A DNA stretch of 64,000 nt from Mytilus californianus (GCF_021869535.1 NW_026262734.1:93868001-93932000), one strand, 5' to 3'; shown: positions 25,585-39,408, numbered from the stretch's first letter. The notes: generated by a model from the sequence alone, not told the origin. Numbers and translations: made by a program.

Positions 25585-28500
25585 CTTGGTGCTGGACGGA
25601 CAAATTGACGTGGGGGTATAAAATTATGAATGCATAAAAAGCTTACATGTCATTGAAGTAGCTAAATCCATTTAGTTTGAAATTGAAAATGAAGCTTTAT
25701 AGTTATAAAATACTAGGTATAATTGTTGGAAATTAAAAGTAATGCTGTATAGTTGATTGTTTCTGAAGTGGGCATTTCATGCATATATTCCTCATTAAAA
25801 ATTCATTTTCATGATATTTGTGAAAATAATGTGCAGAACAATAATTAAAGAGGGAATATTATTCTTGATTTGAAAACATGTCTGTTAACGTGTTTCTTGT
25901 TTTCTGTCTGAGGACATTTTTTGCATCTAGGGGTAAGTTTCATGATCGATCATCCAGAATATTTTTAAAAATTTATACTTTTTTACATTTGGGTAAGGTC
26001 TCAGGGTTCCGGATAGTGTTTTATTTGGGCATGGGTTAGCGTTATTTTTGGTTATTCAAGTCTAGCTCTATAAGATTTTGGACCCCTAAAATAAATGAAA
26101 GACTTATCAAGTTGACGTCGTTTGCTCTTGACATTTTTTAATTGGTTAAGATGCTTGTTGTTTAGTAGTATTGAAATAAAAGAGTCTATACCGAATAAAT
26201 GTTATGATACATAAAACCCCAAAAGGTCAAATAACCTGCAAAGGTCAAAATGGAATCAATATAAAGATAGTAGAATATACCGAATGAATGATTGGATGAA
26301 TACGTCGATGTAACAGCATCCTCACTACTCCTAAAAGACAATACGTTTCGCAGAGATTTAGAACTAACCGAATATGCATTTAAAGATGTCATATTTTAGA
26401 TTCACACGCCACCAGACGTTTCCAGTATATATTTTTTTTTTTCGTAATTAGATGAACTGTAGTTTACCGACGTTCAAATCTTATCAATCAATTCAGAAAA
26501 TGCAAATTAAGGTGAAAAAGAAAACTGAGGAAATTAAAAAAGGAGTGAGGCCGCGTGCGTTGATCGGGCTAATCATTTCTTTTGATAATTGACATAAAAC
26601 CTAGTAAGTTCGTCATTGTTATACAAAGAAATTTATGATTGCTTATTAAATTATTTAAAAAAAAACACATATAAACAAAAAGCCAAGATGCACTTTTCAC
26701 ACCTGATTCACGACTGAAAAGAAAATTCCCTGTTACATGTAATGACATTGTTATCGAATCAATGTGAATATGCTGAATGTCTTAGATATCTGGAAACGTT
26801 ATCATTAATGTTATTATATATAACTCCACTCTGATGATTTGCGATGAATTATGAATGAAGTTCAATGAAATACATCTCAATCGACATACTTTGTATAGCA
26901 TTTTTACGAATAAAACGATATTAAAAACATAAAGTCAATACGTATACGTTTGATGTTTTTGAGCTTTTGTTTTTGCAATTTGATAAGGGATTTTCCGTTT
27001 TGAATTTACCTTGGTGTAAAATTGACAATTTTACGCGCAAGATGTTTATTTCAATTACATACTCTAATGTTTTATCATCTCAATTCCGTGGGAATAATGT
27101 TAATATCTTGTACATTTCCACCAGTTGATTGTTATTTATATTAAGCTAGTGATTTATAGAGAAAACGGTAGTATTTATTCTTCCATAGGCGACAATACTA
27201 ACATTTTCTAAATTTACCACTTTTTAAAATAAAAACCTGGACAAAACAGTTATGTGCTATAAGTACTTTATTATTCTGTTTTAGAAATTGGAATCAAATG
27301 GTATCATGACCATCTTCGAACAGAGCTTGTTTATGGTATTCATGCCCACCGTCATTTTACATCAAATTTATGAAAATTTGAAGCCTTTTTGAATAATTCT
27401 CAATAAAATATTTCAATGTGTTTCAAAATTTATATTGTAAATATACACACTGTATTTATTCATAAATAAATAAAAAATATGTATTATACCCTTACATCAG
27501 CGCTCCTAAGTTTACTTCCGTCACCTGCCTAGTATAAACCAAAGGCCAACCTAAAGCCGGGAATATGTAATACTACTATGTTCCCAATATATTTGCTATC
27601 CCTCCACACCCAAGTTCCAGAGGTAACAGTTGGAATTGTGTTTTCCTTACATATAAGAGGCAACAATATTTTACCGATGTTCAAATCTCATTAATCTTTT
27701 AAAATGATACAAGTCAAGGTTTTAAACAAAAACATAGGGAACCACGTGAACTCCATGGTAGGCGGGACCCTGTGAATCAAATGATACCACGTGAACTCCA
27801 TGGTAGGCGGGACCCTGTCAATCAAATGGATAAGCGTCACCTGTTATGCATGTATCACCCGCCTTGCAAATTCTTACTTTGTCAAAATGTCGAAAACGTA
27901 ACAAGGACATAATTCGTAAATTTACAGATCGATTGACTATTTTAGTATCTTAAACTTTAATAATGAGTGACAGACACAGCTTATTTGTCAACCGAGTCGT
28001 TATTGTTATCATAACACGTACATATATAATGTCGATTGAAGTCGGCGAATCTCAACAGATTCCGCTACCCTTCGATCTGCCGAGTTGTTCCGAATGATGT
28101 CGACAGCAGTCGTTCTTCATCATTGGACCAGTAACATATTCGTAACGTCAAATGCAGTAATTCTTCTTCATTGGAGCAGATTTTGTATCAGGAGCACAAC
28201 AACATTATTAAACATAGAATGTCTTTGTTAATTACATCTTTTTTTGGTAGAAGATGAAACATGACTAATTCATTCTATTCCACTCTATTCAAAATTCAAA
28301 TCTTAACCAAAAGTTGATTGGTTTAGACTACCCCCTTGACATTGAAAAAAAAATCATACTCCTACTAAAAATCATATTCCCCTCTAAATATTGTCTTTAC
28401 TGAACATCGTGTTTAACTCGCGCGATGTTGCCTAGTGTTGATACAACATAAACACTTTTTGCACCACTAAATCATTGTTATTATTAAGTTTAAGTCATCT

Positions 28501-28700
28501 CTCGAGAGACGAACTTACTTCAATTTTTTACATCCTTTGACGACCATGCGTCTAGCAGGTAAAAGAAGTAGAGGTTCTAACAACAGCACCAGATCCAATC
28601 CTCAAAAGAGAAAGTTTCACTGGGGTAGTGTTACCTTTGCTTGTCACAAAAACTTTCTAATTAGTGCTTGTCTGTTACATACACAGTGTTTATATAAATA
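25585..28700. repeat. Segmental duplication, copy 1 (~3.1 kb)
   Basis: Collinear with 29745-32865 across many anchors, e.g. ggacggacaaattgacgtgg (25595/29748), tattcctcattaaaaattca, gacagacacagcttatttgtcaacc (27969/32040) and acacagtgtttatata (28681/32845). Confidence 0.88.
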
Positions 28701-28814
28701 TAAAAAAAAAGGTGTGGTATGAGACAACCCTCCACACGAGACCAAATGACAAAGAAATTAACAACTATATGTCACCGTATGGCCTTCAATAATGGGCAAA
28801 ACCCATTTGTACCA

Positions 28815-29360
28815 ACGTGCATTTCAGTTGAAGGCGTGTATTGTTTTGCAATAGTTCTTTTAAGCCGTCTGCGTCACTGTAGAACTTCACTCTGTTGTTT
28901 GTCCATGGATTCCTTAAGATTTAACCGCCTCGGTGGTTTCGTTGTAGCGTGTTCGCCTCGAGTGTGGGGGGTCGTGGGTTTGAGCCCCGGCTGGGTCAAA
29001 CCAAAGACTTTAAAATTGGTATTTGCTACTTCTCCGCTAAGCACGCGGCATTAAGAAGTAAGAGCAAAGACTGGTCGGCTCGGAGTCAGAATAATGTGTC
29101 CAGGTAAGGTGACATGTCTTCCTGCGGACTGTTACCTTGTGAACTAGCACGTTAAAAAATCCGGCTCAGCGTGTCGGTCTAGTACAAAGCAGGTTAAATA
29201 ATGATATTACATTAACATGTTTACGTCCTGAATATGCATATAAATTTGCCGCTGGACGTTAAACAGCCATCCATAATCATCACCTTAAGATTTATGATCA
29301 TGGTATCTTTCAAACGGTATAGTTCTGCCGAAGGAACCTTACCAGTATTGCTCATTCTAT
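28815..29360 (-). pseudogene. Fragment of the C1qDC coiled-coil exon, split by a SINE
   Basis: Homologous to 22965-23130 (GKVPSAELYRLKD..NLKESMDKQQSEV..LQNNTRLQL). Contains a stop and indels. Confidence 0.8.
28924..29282 (+). mobile_element. tRNA-derived SINE (Meta-domain-like) with a perfect 12-bp TSD
   Basis: Degenerate A box, B box GGGTTTGAGCCC and central ctccgctaagcacgcggcattaagaagtaagagcaaagactgg. TSD CCTTAAGATTTA at 28912-28923 and 29283-29294. Confidence 0.88.
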
Positions 29361-29361
29361 T

Positions 29362-29720
29362 TGGTACAAATTTTCTGAATTTTTTGTTTTAACAGCTCTT
29401 CAACTTCGTATTTGATTTGGCCTTTCAACTGCTTTTATTAGAGCAACACTGATGGGTCTTATGTCGAATTGGCGTCTGGCGTACCAAATGATAAACATTG
29501 TATCTTTTATGAGCTTTTTCGGCAGTCACGAAACCATGAAAAGCAGCCGTGAAAAAACGGATGCTTGTTAGACGGAAACTTTTAACCGTAAAATATCTGT
29601 AAACAAGATATCTTGTCTGATACACATTGGATACGAAAGGCTGATTTTACAGGAATGTCAGCTCTTTGTTTAAAGATGCTGTGGATCAGAACTGCAATTA
29701 CCAGCGGATCTTAATTTGTA
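29362..29720 (+). repeat. Duplicate of 18940-19310, including a decayed hammerhead (29443-29481)
   Basis: Shares the CTGATGG and ttggcgtc lesions and the 3' flank with the copy at 19025. Confidence 0.75.
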
Positions 29721-29744
29721 TTTGTTATTTGGAGAATTACTTGA

Positions 29745-32700
29745 TACTGGACGGACAAATTGACGTGGCGGCATACAATTATAAATGCAGAAAAGCTTAC
29801 ATTTCAATGATGTTACTGACTGCATTTAGTTTGCAATTGAAAAATTATGCTGTATAGTTTGTTGCATCTGAAATGTGAATATCATGTATATATTCCTCAT
29901 TAAAAATTCAGTTTCCTGATATTTGTGAAACACAACAGCAGATCAATACTTAAAGAGAGAATATTATTCTTCATTTGGAAATATGTATTTAAATATGTTT
30001 ATTGTTTTCTGTCTGAGGACATTGTTTGTATCTGGAGGTAAGTTTCATAATCGATCTTCCAGAATATCGTAAAAAAAAGGCCTTCTTTTATTTAGGACAG
30101 GGTTTGTGTCACATTAACCAATTATGTCTGTTTGGGTTGATCATCCTATTTTGTGAATTTTCACTGAAAAAAAAACTGTCATACAAGTGGGATGTTTGGC
30201 TAGTTATAAAACCTGGTATTGCCCATCATTTTTTCGAGAAATGACTTACAAAATCAGGAATATGACATTTTTTGCATTCGTTCCGTTGACAGATATAGTC
30301 TGACTTGGATTTTGTCAAGGCTTATGGACTTCCCCCTTTTTGAAATGACGACGAGGTTCGTTCTTATTGTTAATATTTTTTCACATTTGGGTTAGGTCTC
30401 AAGATTTCGGATTGTGTTTTAATTGGGCATTGGTGCGCGTTATTTTGGGTTTAGGTTATAGAAGTCTAGCTCTATATGATTTCTGACCCCTAAAATAAAT
30501 GTGAGACTTTATAAAGTTGGCGTCGTTTGCTCTTGGCTTTTTTTTTTATTGATTTAAATACCAAATGTTATTTTCTAAATTGCCCATAGACATCTTAATT
30601 CTTTTCGTTTTAAAAGCAAAATTGAAAATACAAGTTGTTGTTTAATGGTATTGTAATGACAGAGGGTATATTGTATACTGAATAAATGTTATGATATATA
30701 AAACCCCAAAAGGTGATGGGATTAATACGTCGGTGTAACAGCATCCTCCCTACTCCCAAAAGGCCATATGTTTCACAGAGATTAAGAACTAACCGGTTAT
30801 GTATTAAAGTATGTCGAATTTTAGATCCACATACAACCAGACATTTCCAGTGTATTTCTTTTCGTGAACAAAATTAGATGAGCGGTAGTTTATCGAGTTT
30901 CAAATTTTATCAATCAATAACGAAAATACAAATTAAGGTAAAAAAAGAAGCAAAAACTGAGGAAATTAAAAATGGAGCGAGAACGCATGACTTTATCGGG
31001 TAAATCATTTCTTTTAAAAACTGACATAAGGAAGTTCGACATTGTTTATTTGAAGACATTCATGACTGTTTATTAAATTATAATAAAAAAAAATATGAAC
31101 AAAAAGCCAAGATGCACTTTTTACATCTGATGAACGACTGAAAAGACAAGTCCCTGTGAATGGCAGTGTTATCAAATGTATGTGAATATGCTGAATGTCT
31201 TTGATATTTGGAAAAGTGTATCCACAGTCGGTAATGCTTTCTAACATTTAAGATCCCTTTTGTTACATATGTGTTGATCCATACATTAAATTTTAAAAAA
31301 ATACAATTGTACCAAACTTTAAAATTAAGGTATCGAAAATTTCAAAACTCAAGTATCACTAAAGAAGCATTATTTGCTGTCATGCGCAATGGATTCATTT
31401 GAATTGTTACCGATATTGTTATTATATATGACTCCACTCAAACGACTTGCGATAAATTATGAATGAGGATAAACGAAATACAATCTATCAGATATACTTT
31501 ATATAGCATTTTTACCAACAAAACAAAACCAAAAAAAAAAAAACCATATGAGAAATATAAAGTCAATACATTGTGTAAAAAAGACAATTTTACGAAGATG
31601 TTTATATCAATTACATACTCTATATGTTTTACATCTCAATTCCGTATATAATGTTAACATCTTGTACATTTCAACCAGTTGATCCTTTTGTTATCTCCCT
31701 TAGTAAGCCGGTGATTTTTTTCTTAGGTAAAAAGTTGGGATTGTGTTTTCCTTACATATAAGAGATAACAATAGTTAACTGATGACCAAATCTCATTAAT
31801 CTTTAAAAAGATACAAATAAAGGTTTTAAACAAAAACATAAAGAACCGCGTGAAGCGGGAACGGGTGCGTCAATTGAATAAGCGTCGTCTGCTATGCATG
31901 TAACACCCGCCTTACGAGTTCATTCTTAGTCAAACTGTCGAAAATTTAAGAGGACACAATTGGTAAATTTACAGATCTGATGACTTTTTTAGCATTTAAA
32001 ACTCTAAGAACGCGTCCACACTTAGTTTTTGAGTTAGGTGACAGACACAGCTTATTTGTCAACCCAGACGTCGTGATTATTATCCTAACATAAACACATA
32101 AGAAATGTCGATTGCAGTCGGCAAACCTCAACAGATTCGTCTACCCTTCGATCTGCCGAGTTGTTCCGAATTCTGTCGATTGCAGTCGTTCTTCCTCATT
32201 AGAGCAGTAACACATTCGCCTATGTCGAATGCAGTCTTTCTTCCTCATTGGACAAACTGTTGGAGCAGATTTTCTATCAGAAGCAAAACAAAATTATCAA
32301 AGGACATCTTCATAGATTGTGGTAGAAGATGAAAAATTAATATTTCTTTGATACAACCGATTCTTTCTATTCCACTCTATGTAAAATTCATGGCTTAATC
32401 AAAACTTGAATGGGTTAGACTACCCCCTTGACATGGAAAAAAACTTACCCCTACTAAAAATCATATCCCTTCTTATCTGAACATCGTGTTTAACTCGCGC
32501 GACGTTGCGTGCGGTTGATACATCATAACTATTTTTGCACAGCAAAATCATTGTTATTATCATGTTTAAGCTTATTCTATATTGCATATACATATGAAGG
32601 CCTATTAGTTTAACCAAACAATGCCACGTAGTTTCGTCTGTACACACAGATTTGATTTATAAGTAATCTCTCGAGGGACGAACTTGCAACCATTTTTACA

Positions 32701-32865
32701 TCCTTCGACGACGATGCGCCAAGCAGGTAAAAGATGTAGAGGTTCTGAACACCAGATCCAATCCTCAATTTAGGAAGTTTCACTGGAGTAGTGTTAACTT
32801 TGCTTGTCACAAAAGCTTTCTAATTAGCACTCATCTGTTGCAGACACAGTGTTTATATATACGTA
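29745..32865. repeat. Segmental duplication, copy 2
   Basis: Collinear with 25585-28700 and carries an extra insert near 30070-30370. Confidence 0.88.
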
Positions 32866-33269
32866 CACATGTGTACCAATGTATGTTTTAGGCTATGCAT
32901 TTTTTTTATTTTATGGGGGGTGGGGGGAGAGGGGGGCCGTCGACTCTTTATCTTTAACTTTTATGTCAATTTCCTTCCCTTCATTGTAGCACCCCTTTAT
33001 TCTTTTTTTCTTAATTGTGGGCCTATGTTTCTCTTTTCATTATTTTCGCTCCAATTTACTCTATTCTGTAAACATCATCCAGATCCCCATATTTTATTAT
33101 TCTGGAAAGAAATGATATCAATAACACCAGAGTTATCTCCCATTTTTTGGTTGGTTAATGTTAATTGATATTTAATTGTATGTGTCCTCAGTGACTGATA
33201 TTCCAGGGTTATGTGAATGATTGATTGGTGTTTAAAGCCACTTTCAGAACTTTTGTGCTATTTCTCGGC

Positions 33270-33582
33270 GGTCAGTTTTTTTATGGAGGAAGCCAGAGTG
33301 CCCGGAGAAGTACAAGCGGGTCCTAAAATGATTGTAAGTCCAGAAGAGACACAGACGGATCTTACAGGGATGGACAGACCAGAAGAAGCACAGCTGGGTC
33401 CTTTATGAATTTTCGGACCAGGAGAAGCACAGAAAGGTCTTTTATGAATTTTCGGACCATGAGAAGCACAGCTGGGTCCTTCATGAATTTTTAGACCAGA
33501 CGAAGCACAGCTAGATTCTTCATGAATTTTCAAACCTTGAGAAACACATGTTAATCCTTCAATGATTTTCTGACAAGGAGAA
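33270..33582. repeat. 39-bp minisatellite, left part
   Basis: Recurrent GAGAAGCACAG...ATGAATTTT...ACCAG units about 39 bp long. Confidence 0.8.
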
Positions 33583-36500
33583 TAGTACTGCAACTGACCT
33601 CGAAAAGACGCTTAGTTAACGAGTTTAATGTTCCGGAATAACACACGACTGGAAATTGTTTTAAATGATAGAATAATATCTATGTTTTAATTTCCGTCTG
33701 GTCGTAAAAAGTTTCTATGGTCACATTTTTGTATTTTAGCCCTTTAATGGGGTACCCCTCAATTTACGGTTTTTGGTAGTCACATTAAAATCCAAAAACT
33801 AAATGTTTTTGTTAAATTTCTCGCTATTTTCGTAAATATTTTCGATGAACATATCATAAAGGAACATCGGAATGATGAAGACATAAATATAATACCATCC
33901 CCGAGTAAAACTTTCAAACTTAAAGTTGGCTGTTTTTCAGATGGAAATTTAACGCGTTTTTCTTTAAAAACGAGAAAACATATGATTCAAAAACAGTATT
34001 TTACATTTGAGAGGAAAAAATATATTATTGCGATACTGCATGCAAGTTTTATTGGGCAAATTCCAAACAATTTTGTCAAAAACTCAAATATAAAAACATC
34101 ATTTGTACCTTTTTTAATTACGGAAAATTTTATATCCGTCAATCAGCTCCACCATTTATGTTTTCCTTAACAATGAATTTGATAGTTTCGATGTGATTAT
34201 GTACATTTTCTAGGATAATTTAAGTTATTTTTGAGAGATTTGAATATATGAAGTTGTTCTTTCGTGTATTTTCTGTAGAAAAGTTATATTTCAGTTAATA
34301 AAATTTTTACTTTTTATAAAAGTTAACCAAATCCTTTGGATCAGATGTTTTTCCGGATAATGACTTGTTGATATTGTGTGGAAAAATACATTGTATGTCA
34401 ATGTTCAACCTCAGAGCATTTTTTTATGCATGCAAGCAGTCGGGAAAAGAGTAATTTTGATGTTTCGCAGATAATTGGTGTGTGACAAGGTGATGCTACA
34501 ACTTACTTCTCTTAATATTCTGCTTTCCTTGGGCGAAAGAGTTGTGAATCAGACTAACACCAGAAGGAAAAATTGTTGCGTCTTTAAATTAGAAGCAACA
34601 GAAAGTCATATATGTGATCAAACCGATCCACATGTATGCTCACAACCTGACACTTTTATTCGATCGCGCGCTCAGTTTCCTCCTTGTAGTTTGGATATGA
34701 AAACAGGTGTTTTGTGTAAAAGCACAACCTTTAAAAATGACAGAAAGCTACACAAAACTGAGTCGTCTGAACGTGTTGGCAGTCTTTTGAGGTGTGCTAA
34801 TGTGAGTAATCATTTATCCTACTTATTGAAATCAACACCTGTGCAATCAGGTAAAACAGGTACTAAAAAAATACAATTTGAACTTGCTGTCAATTCATTG
34901 ATAACGATTGTATGTAATAATCTGTTCTTTCATAAAAAGGCATTTCTCATGTAGCACATCATCGACATATACCGATCACTTTTACACAAGGTTGTCGAAC
35001 GTCTCTGGTGCTTACCAAACTGCCAAACTCCAGAACAAACTAACTAGATATTGTGACACCTTACAATTCAGACACAGTGGGGCCAAGGGATATCAAATAT
35101 AGAGTTTAGCTCTTAACTCAATATAGGGGATGCCATATCTGCTGCAGGAAAATAAAAGTCTGTGTTAAGACTTTCAGAATTACACCAAGGTGTGTCTGAA
35201 GATATCAAGGATACATTAGAAGAAGAACAATAACTTCACTTTGCCGGCAGCGCTCTTATGAGCTATGTCCTCGTTGGGTGTTTCTATGGAAAAGATTCCC
35301 GCATCGCTTCTGAAGTTCATTTGTTAGTTAATTGATGAAAAATCACACAAAGGTGCTTCTGAACCGTATATTGTCCCTAAAGATAACAAAAATTCGTAAA
35401 TGTATGCCTATTACAAAATAAATCGTTTCTGTAGCAACATTCGCCCTATTACATTTGGGATTGGCGGTGCAGTTAGATCATGATTATGGGAATATGGGTC
35501 ACGAACATTGATAGAAACTTTGTACTCACATGGTTTTAGTGTTTCCAATGCAGAGGTAAGACTATACCTGACAGACATTTCCATGCACGAGTTTGACCGA
35601 ATCAAGACGGTATTTACGCTCCAGATGGCATTGTTTCAAAACACCAAGGGGGATGTTTGATACAAAAAGGTGCCGACAATATAGTCACCAACACGGAGAC
35701 AATTGATAGTACCGAACGTTTCATTCCATGGCACGAGCAGACTTTCCGGTTTCTCGCTGCATTGAAGACCTATTGGTGACCTACGGTTTTTGTCTGCTCT
35801 ATGGTCGGGTTGTTGTCTCTTTGACACATTCCCAATTGCCATTCTCAGTTTTATTATTAATCCACAATTGATTCCGAAAAGCGTCAGATGAAAGTGAAGA
35901 GAGGTCAAGATAACACTTTTCAATTGACTGACAGTGCACCATCTTTGGCGGCTGTGTCATTATACCAAAGGTAAGAGAGGTCCTGTTTGTGTTCCGAATT
36001 CTTTCAAAAAATTAGACCGGGAAGACAAAAATGGAAAAACCCCAACATTTTTCATTGGAAAAATACCATCAGATTACTTACAGGATTAACTTTGTACCTG
36101 CAAAGGTAAATCTTTGTGCTCAAAAGCTGTGTCTGCTTTGAACAAACTCTGTCCTGCGCCGAACTTGTTCGTGCCTAAAAAGGGAAGTGTGTTGTAATGC
36201 TAATACGCGTACTGAATCCGCATATGATGACGAAGAGATTGATTCATATCCCTTTTTAATGAAGACTAGAGCTATTGCATGTCGCTTTTAAAAGACAAGT
36301 TACATAAGGGTCATGACTGATTTTCAATTACAACATAAGCAAATTGGCATTACATTGTATTATTTTCCATCACTTCCCTATAAAATTGTTGAGTCTTCAC
36401 TTTTGTACCAGGATAATCTCACTAAGACAGTGTGCATGCACTAAACTGACTCTGAGTTACACTCAACCAAACGCTAAATCAATGCAAGTCACACAAAGTC

Positions 36501-37199
36501 TTATGATTTAACATCGCATTCGCCTCGGTTGACTGTGGTATCTTTTGTGTTATAACTGATCTATCCAGACTTTGCAAATACACAATATGTATTTATCTAT
36601 AACTAGATACCAATTTTCCCAAAATACACAACCTTTTAGATGCAAAATTAAAAACACTGTTTCAGTGCTTGAATTTAGTTTTTTTTCAAAGATAGAAAAA
36701 AGATTGAAATAATTTAATGAACTGGTGTTTTATAGTTTAGAAAATAGTTCTGTAATATACTGTAGTGAAAAAGTATAAGCAATATGAAAGTTTATGGATG
36801 TGAAAAGGTCAAGGCCACTACTTCTTTTGCTGTATCATAAATGAAAAAAAAAACAGAAAGTTCCAGATCAACGCCATTTTGTAATGGCAGCTCTTCATAT
36901 AAGTAGTCCAATATGTCGTTTTAACATAGTTTATAGCATATGCTTATGATTGAACCGTTTTTGTATCATTCTATTGAATAAATATCAGAAAATATCTCCT
37001 TTTTGTCCTTGTGGTTGAAATATTGATATTTTTAGGTCTGACCTTTGACCTCAATTTCAGAAAAATGTGACCAATCTGTATTTTTACGACCAAACTTTTC
37101 TTATTGTACACGTTTGTCTCTTTCCATCGATATATTATTTAGGTATGTGTTCTTCCGGAACATTAAAGTTTTAAAAAATGAACTCTGGTTGCAGTACTA
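33583..37199 (+). mobile_element. Academ-type DNA transposon relic (3617 bp)
   Basis: Perfect 12-bp termini TAGTACTGCAAC/GTTGCAGTACTA with further inverted blocks (TTTAATGTTCCGGAA; TGGTCGTAAAAA..TGGTCACATTTTT). 3-bp TSD GAA. Decayed transposase-like motifs GSRTLIETLYSHGFSVSNAEV and GADNI..NTETID at 35496-35735. Confidence 0.75.
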
Positions 37200-38190
37200 G
37201 AAGCACAGGTAGATCTTTCAGGGATGTTTGTAATCATCAGAAGCATGGGCGGTTTTTCAAGGTATTTTCAGACAAGTAGAAGAACGGGAAGATCCTTCAG
37301 GGAATATTAGTCCAGGAGAAGTATGGTGGATAATTCAGGATTATCCGTGCAGGAGATGCACAGGCGTATCCTTCGCTGATATTTGGTTCAGGATAAGCAC
37401 GGCGGATCCCTGAGTAAATGAGAAGCACAGGTAGATCCATCCGGGATTGTCAGTCACATTCTGATCCTTCAGGGATTATGAGTACAGGAGAAGGACATGC
37501 AGAGCCTTCGGGGATTGTCAGTCCAGGAGAACCACTAGCAAATCGTTCAGGGCTTATTAGTCAAGGTAAAGCACAGCCGGATCATTCGTGAATGTTTAGT
37601 TCAGGCGAACCACAGGCTCGAGGATGTTCTAACAAGCAGAAGCATAGGCGGATACCTCAGGTATTTTCTTAGCAGGAGAAACTCATGCGGATCTTTAAGG
37701 AATTGTCAGTCCCGGAGACGCATAGGCGGATATCTCAGTGATTGTCTGTCCCGGAGAAACACAGGCGGATACCTCAGGAATCATCTGTCCCAGAGAAGCA
37801 CCGGCAGATACTTTAGTAGTTGTCAGTCCCGGAAAGCACATGCGAATACTTCACACGGATTTTCTGTCAAGGAGAAGCATGTGTAGATCCTGCACAGAAT
37901 ATCGGAATATAGGTCAGTCCAATAGAAGTGCAGATGGATTCTGCAAAGATTGTCTGTGCAGGAAAAGCACAGGCATCTCCTTAAGGAATTTTCTGAACAG
38001 GAGAAGCACATGTGGATCCTTCAGGATTTATTAGTCCAGGAGAAGCGCGTGTGGGTTTTTCAGGACTTTTCAGACCAAGAAAAGCACAGGCGGATCCCCT
38101 AGGTATTTTCTAATAAGGAGAAGCACAGGCAGATCCTGTAGGGATCGTCATTCCAGGAGAGACACCGGCGGATCTTTCAGGATTTACAGA
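37200..38190. repeat. 39-bp minisatellite, right part (~25 degenerate units)
   Basis: Recurrent ggagaagcacaggcggatccttcagg..ttgtcagtcca. Confidence 0.85.
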
Positions 38191-38324
38191 AGCGGTTGTA
38201 ATACATGTCATCGAGCTGATTGATGTTGGTGTCTTTAAAAACGATTCCTTGAACAGGAAGCTTAAGTTATGAAACCCTCGAAACAGCTCTCAATGTTCCA
38301 TAATTTGCATTCCGTTTGAAACTG

Positions 38325-38600
38325 AAGGAATGACTGTAATATGTTTTCTGTCTATGAAGAAATAACATAAACAATGTGGTGCACACTGAATAACCTCATT
38401 TTTGAGGTTAATTCGAATAGACAGAAAAAATATTACAGTCATTCCTTATAATTTAATTTTAAATTCCAATTTTAAGGAATAAGTCATGAAAAACGTTGAT
38501 GACGTCACGGTCACATGACAAAATTATGTATTTGAGCTGATAGACCAAAACAAATTCAGCCAATAAGAGTTAGACGTGTTACATCCAAAAATAAATTATT
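38325..38600. mobile_element. Palindrome-headed element, copy 2
   Basis: Same inverted head and tail as 19975-20245, with internal hairpin taacctc/gaggtta. Confidence 0.75.
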
Positions 38601-39101
38601 GAAAAGTGTCATAACCAGGAAGTACTTATTGAGGCTATTAATATGTTAAAGTATAGTAAAAGAAGTCTAAGGGAAAATTGTAAAAAAAAACCAATTTCAA
38701 ATGGTCACAACTTGAAAACTACTTTAAAAAATGATTACTGTAAGTCTAGTTACTAGTGGGATGACCTGCTTTTAATTTAACTACTGGGCCAAATTAAACC
38801 AAATTTGGCCTCAATCATAATTAGGGTATCCAATACTATTTATTATGATTTAAACCTTATTTTACATGATTTCCAAAACCACAGAAGATACAGGTGAGCG
38901 ACACAGGCTCTTAAGAGCCTCTAGTTGTTTTGTGTAATTATTAATTGTTGATACTCACGTAATAGCTCACGTGATAACCTGTTACATTCCTATGCATTAT
39001 TTTGTAGAATTTGAAATTCTCCCCTCGAAATGAACTTATTGATAAAAGACTAACATTTTGCAATTCATATTTTACGAGCATTGCTTTATTTTTAATTGCA
39101 G

Positions 39102-39338
39102 AATTAGAGTGCAAAACTTCAAAAGAAGGAGCAGAATATATAGGTACAGAGAACATGACTCGCTCATACATCCCATGTCAGAGATGGGATTCTCGTTTCC
39201 CACATGATCATTTGAATACTGAGTTAATGAAAGACCATGAAAATTATTGTCGGAACCCTGATGAAGAGTCTGAAGGACCCTGGTGTTACACAATGGATCC
39301 AAGGATTCGATGGGAGTCCTGTGATGTACCGTTTTGTG
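39102..39338 (+). CDS. Kringle-domain exon (phase 1-1, 237 nt)
   Basis: ttgcag|AA...TGT G|gt. Encodes CKTSKEGAEYIG..CQRWDS..H..ENYCRNPD..GPWCYT..RWESCDVPFC with 6 Cys. Confidence 0.93.
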
Positions 39339-39408
39339 GTAATATATGTAGTGTTATACAATAAGTGACATGAGTATTCGTCACTTACAATTTTGTGCTT
39401 TAAGATAC

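Noticed and set aside
27741-27830. 45-bp direct duplication
   Set aside because: A simple two-copy local slippage absent from the paralogous block, with no further structure.
34475-34954. 159-aa ORF as a host gene
   Set aside because: It lies within the Academ-type TIRs and switches between transposase-like frames, so it is decayed element sequence.
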